Source: a virus
Lineage: Duplodnaviria; Caudoviricetes
DNA length: 44,131 nucleotides
IMG/VR virus record: IMGVR_UViG_3300037467_000724
Location: 1-44,131 of that record
Strand: one strand, 5' to 3'
The translations under genes were made by a program, and so were the position numbers. Under the pieces are notes generated by a model. The model worked only from the letters and a program-made list of their open reading frames with translations. It did no database searches and was not told the DNA's origin. Shown piece after piece: positions 42,572-44,131 of this stretch (its first letter is position 1; every line of letters starts with the position of its first letter).

Positions 42572-43488
42572 ACCGACAGCTCCTGCTGCGCAGCCTTCGC
42601 TGCCCGCTTGGCGGCCCTGGCGGCAGCCTTCTCGCGCGCGTCCTTCACCTTGTCCTGCGCTTCGATCAGGTCCAGCAACGCGCTGGCGGGAACCTCGATG
42701 GTGGCCCCGCGCCGCTCGGCCGCGCCCGCCTTGATGGCCAGCAGGTGTTCCAGCTGCGCAGGCTTCAGCTCCGACACCACGTAATCCGCAGCGTCCACCA
42801 CTTCACGCACGATGCGCTGCGGCAGCGACTGCTTCATGGTGCCTTCCGTCACCTTGCCCTTGCCCTGTTTGTGGGCCTTGTCCAGCTCCTGCTGCAGCAC
42901 CTGGCCGGCGTTGTCGCCATGCTCGCGCGCCACCTTCACCGCGACGGCCGCCGACACATCGCCAGCCGCCACCATCTTGTGGACGGCGGTGGGTGCTGTG
43001 GCCAGGATCATCATCTGATCCACGTGTTGACGCGTCTTGTGGACCTTCGCGGCGATTTCGTCCGGCGTCAGCCCCAGCGCGGCCATGCGCTTGTAACCGC
43101 GAGCGACCTCCAGCGGCGACAGCGCGCGGCCCTCGGCGCTGGTCATGATGCGCGCCACACGGTCAGCGTCGTTGCCGACGAATGCGCGCACGTCGATCCA
43201 TTCGATGGGCGCACCGCGCTCGCGAGCCTTCACGTAGGCACGCCGGCGGCGGTGGCCATCCACCACCCACACGCCGCCATCCTCGCGCGGGCGAACCTCC
43301 AGCGGCGGGACGATACCGCCAGCGTGAATGTATTCGGCCAGCGCGTCGATGCTGGCTTCCAGGTCGGGGCCTTCTTCGCGCAGGTTGAATCCAGGCTCTT
43401 CGTGGATGTTGTCCAGCTGGACCTTCATGGCGTCCGCACGGCGGATACTGCCCTCGCGGATCATGTCTTTGAACGAAGCTGCTTTCAT
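42568..43488 (-). CDS. ParB/Srx-like N-terminal domain protein with HTH
   Basis: GFNLR, VPPLEV, VVDGHRRRRA (GxxRxxA), LSPLE, EIAAKVHKTRQHV HTH. Confidence 0.85.
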   Translation of the reverse strand: MKAASFKDMIREGSIRRADAMKVQLDNIHEEPGFNLREEGPDLEASIDALAEYIHAGGIVPPLEVRPREDGGVWVVDGHRRRRAYVKARERGAPIEWIDVRAFVGNDADRVARIMTSAEGRALSPLEVARGYKRMAALGLTPDEIAAKVHKTRQHVDQMMILATAPTAVHKMVAAGDVSAAVAVKVAREHGDNAGQVLQQELDKAHKQGKGKVTEGTMKQSLPQRIVREVVDAADYVVSELKPAQLEHLLAIKAGAAERRGATIEVPASALLDLIEAQDKVKDAREKAAARAAKRAAKAAQQELSV

Positions 43489-43517
43489 CGGTCGGTTTCT
43501 CCTATGTTATGGCGGCG

Positions 43518-43994
43518 TTAAATGTGCCGCCAATTCTTGCGATTGATGATCTTGGAAATGACGGAGTTGTGCAGGCCGTAGTCGCCGGCGAGCGTCTGCT
43601 GCGTCACGTTTCCACGCGCGTAACGCTCGCGAATTTCGGCGACCTGCTGCTCTGTGATCTTGCTCCGTCCAACGCCTTCGCCGCGCGGATGACGCAGCTT
43701 CGAAGTCATATCGTCAACGTTGTCCTGATGCGTGCCAAGGAACAGATGCGACGGGTTGATGCAGCAGCGCACGTCGCACGTATGACAAACCTCGATGGCA
43801 TCGGGAATTTTCCCGCGATGTACTTCATACGAAGCGCGATGCGCCTTGATTTTTCTCTTGCCACCGCTCTGCTGAAGGTCACCGTACCCGTCACTGTTGA
43901 TGTGACCCATGAAAATCCAGCAACCGCTAAACGGAACGCGCACCGTCTTGGCCTCCAGCCGCTCAGCGAGCGAGCCACGCAGATACGTCTTCAT
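43518..43994 (-). CDS. HNH homing-type endonuclease with C-terminal HTH
   Basis: GCW..G....GYG, AHRASYE, VCHTCD...CINPSHLFLGT..DN..D. Confidence 0.92.
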   Translation of the reverse strand: MKTYLRGSLAERLEAKTVRVPFSGCWIFMGHINSDGYGDLQQSGGKRKIKAHRASYEVHRGKIPDAIEVCHTCDVRCCINPSHLFLGTHQDNVDDMTSKLRHPRGEGVGRSKITEQQVAEIRERYARGNVTQQTLAGDYGLHNSVISKIINRKNWRHI

Positions 43995-44131
43995 GCTGCT
44001 TCCTTCACGTTGAGAAAATCACACAGGTTCACCACCTGCGCGGCCAGGTCGGGCGACTCGCTCACGATGTGCGCCGCGATTTCCAAAATCACTTCCGGCG
44101 GCTCGTCCCTGCGCCACGCTTCGCGGATCAG
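43991..44131 (-). CDS. 5'-truncated hypothetical protein (C-terminal 46 aa)
   Basis: Own translation: LIREAWRRDEPPEVILEIAAHIVSESPDLAAQVVNLCDFLNVKEAA*; the stop overlaps the HNH ATG. Confidence 0.6.
   Translation of the reverse strand: MIREAWRRDEPPEVILEIAAHIVSESPDLAAQVVNLCDFLNVKEAA

Larger units (their letters stand above)
1..44131. mobile_element. Temperate myovirus genome (lambda-like head/packaging, P2-like contractile tail, tRNA-targeting integrase), partial or permuted
   Basis: Continuous phage gene content from end to end: integrase, attP, tail, head, terminase, lysis and replication modules. No host housekeeping genes. Confidence 0.97.

Overview
The whole window is a temperate, GC-rich proteobacterial myovirus genome. 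It is apparently a circular or permuted assembly, because an intact attP (3' half of tRNA-Lys(CTT) with arm-type and IHF sites) and a lambda-like cos region both lie inside it with phage genes on both sides. No repressor/cro switch is recognisable; it probably lies outside the window ends. Layout: + strand early operon (xis-like, TraR-like, ssb, SprT-like, Rmf-like; 1-3.7 kb); integrase and attP (3.8-5.4 kb); P2-like contractile tail (5.4-18 kb); lambda-like head and terminase genes with a protease-capsid fusion (18-27.9 kb); a four-gene accessory block with a fibre-like repeat protein and a SASA esterase-SPRY protein (28-31.8 kb); lysis genes and a Mor-like activator (31.8-33.7 kb); an iteron-type origin (33.7-34 kb); and a - strand early/replication operon (primase-helicase, MTase-like, HD hydrolase, dUTPase, VRR-NUC, ParB-like, HNH). 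The most notable non-routine signals are: (1) ssrA-tag-like C-termini (NDN-x7-10-AA) on several proteins; (2) a dispersed asymmetric 16-bp motif TCTACGTCAGCCCCCA in about 8 good copies; (3) five identical 17-bp late-promoter boxes, one inside the protease-capsid gene ahead of an internal start; and (4) a tandem T-loop hairpin element downstream of int. All functional calls come from recognising motifs by eye; no searches were run.
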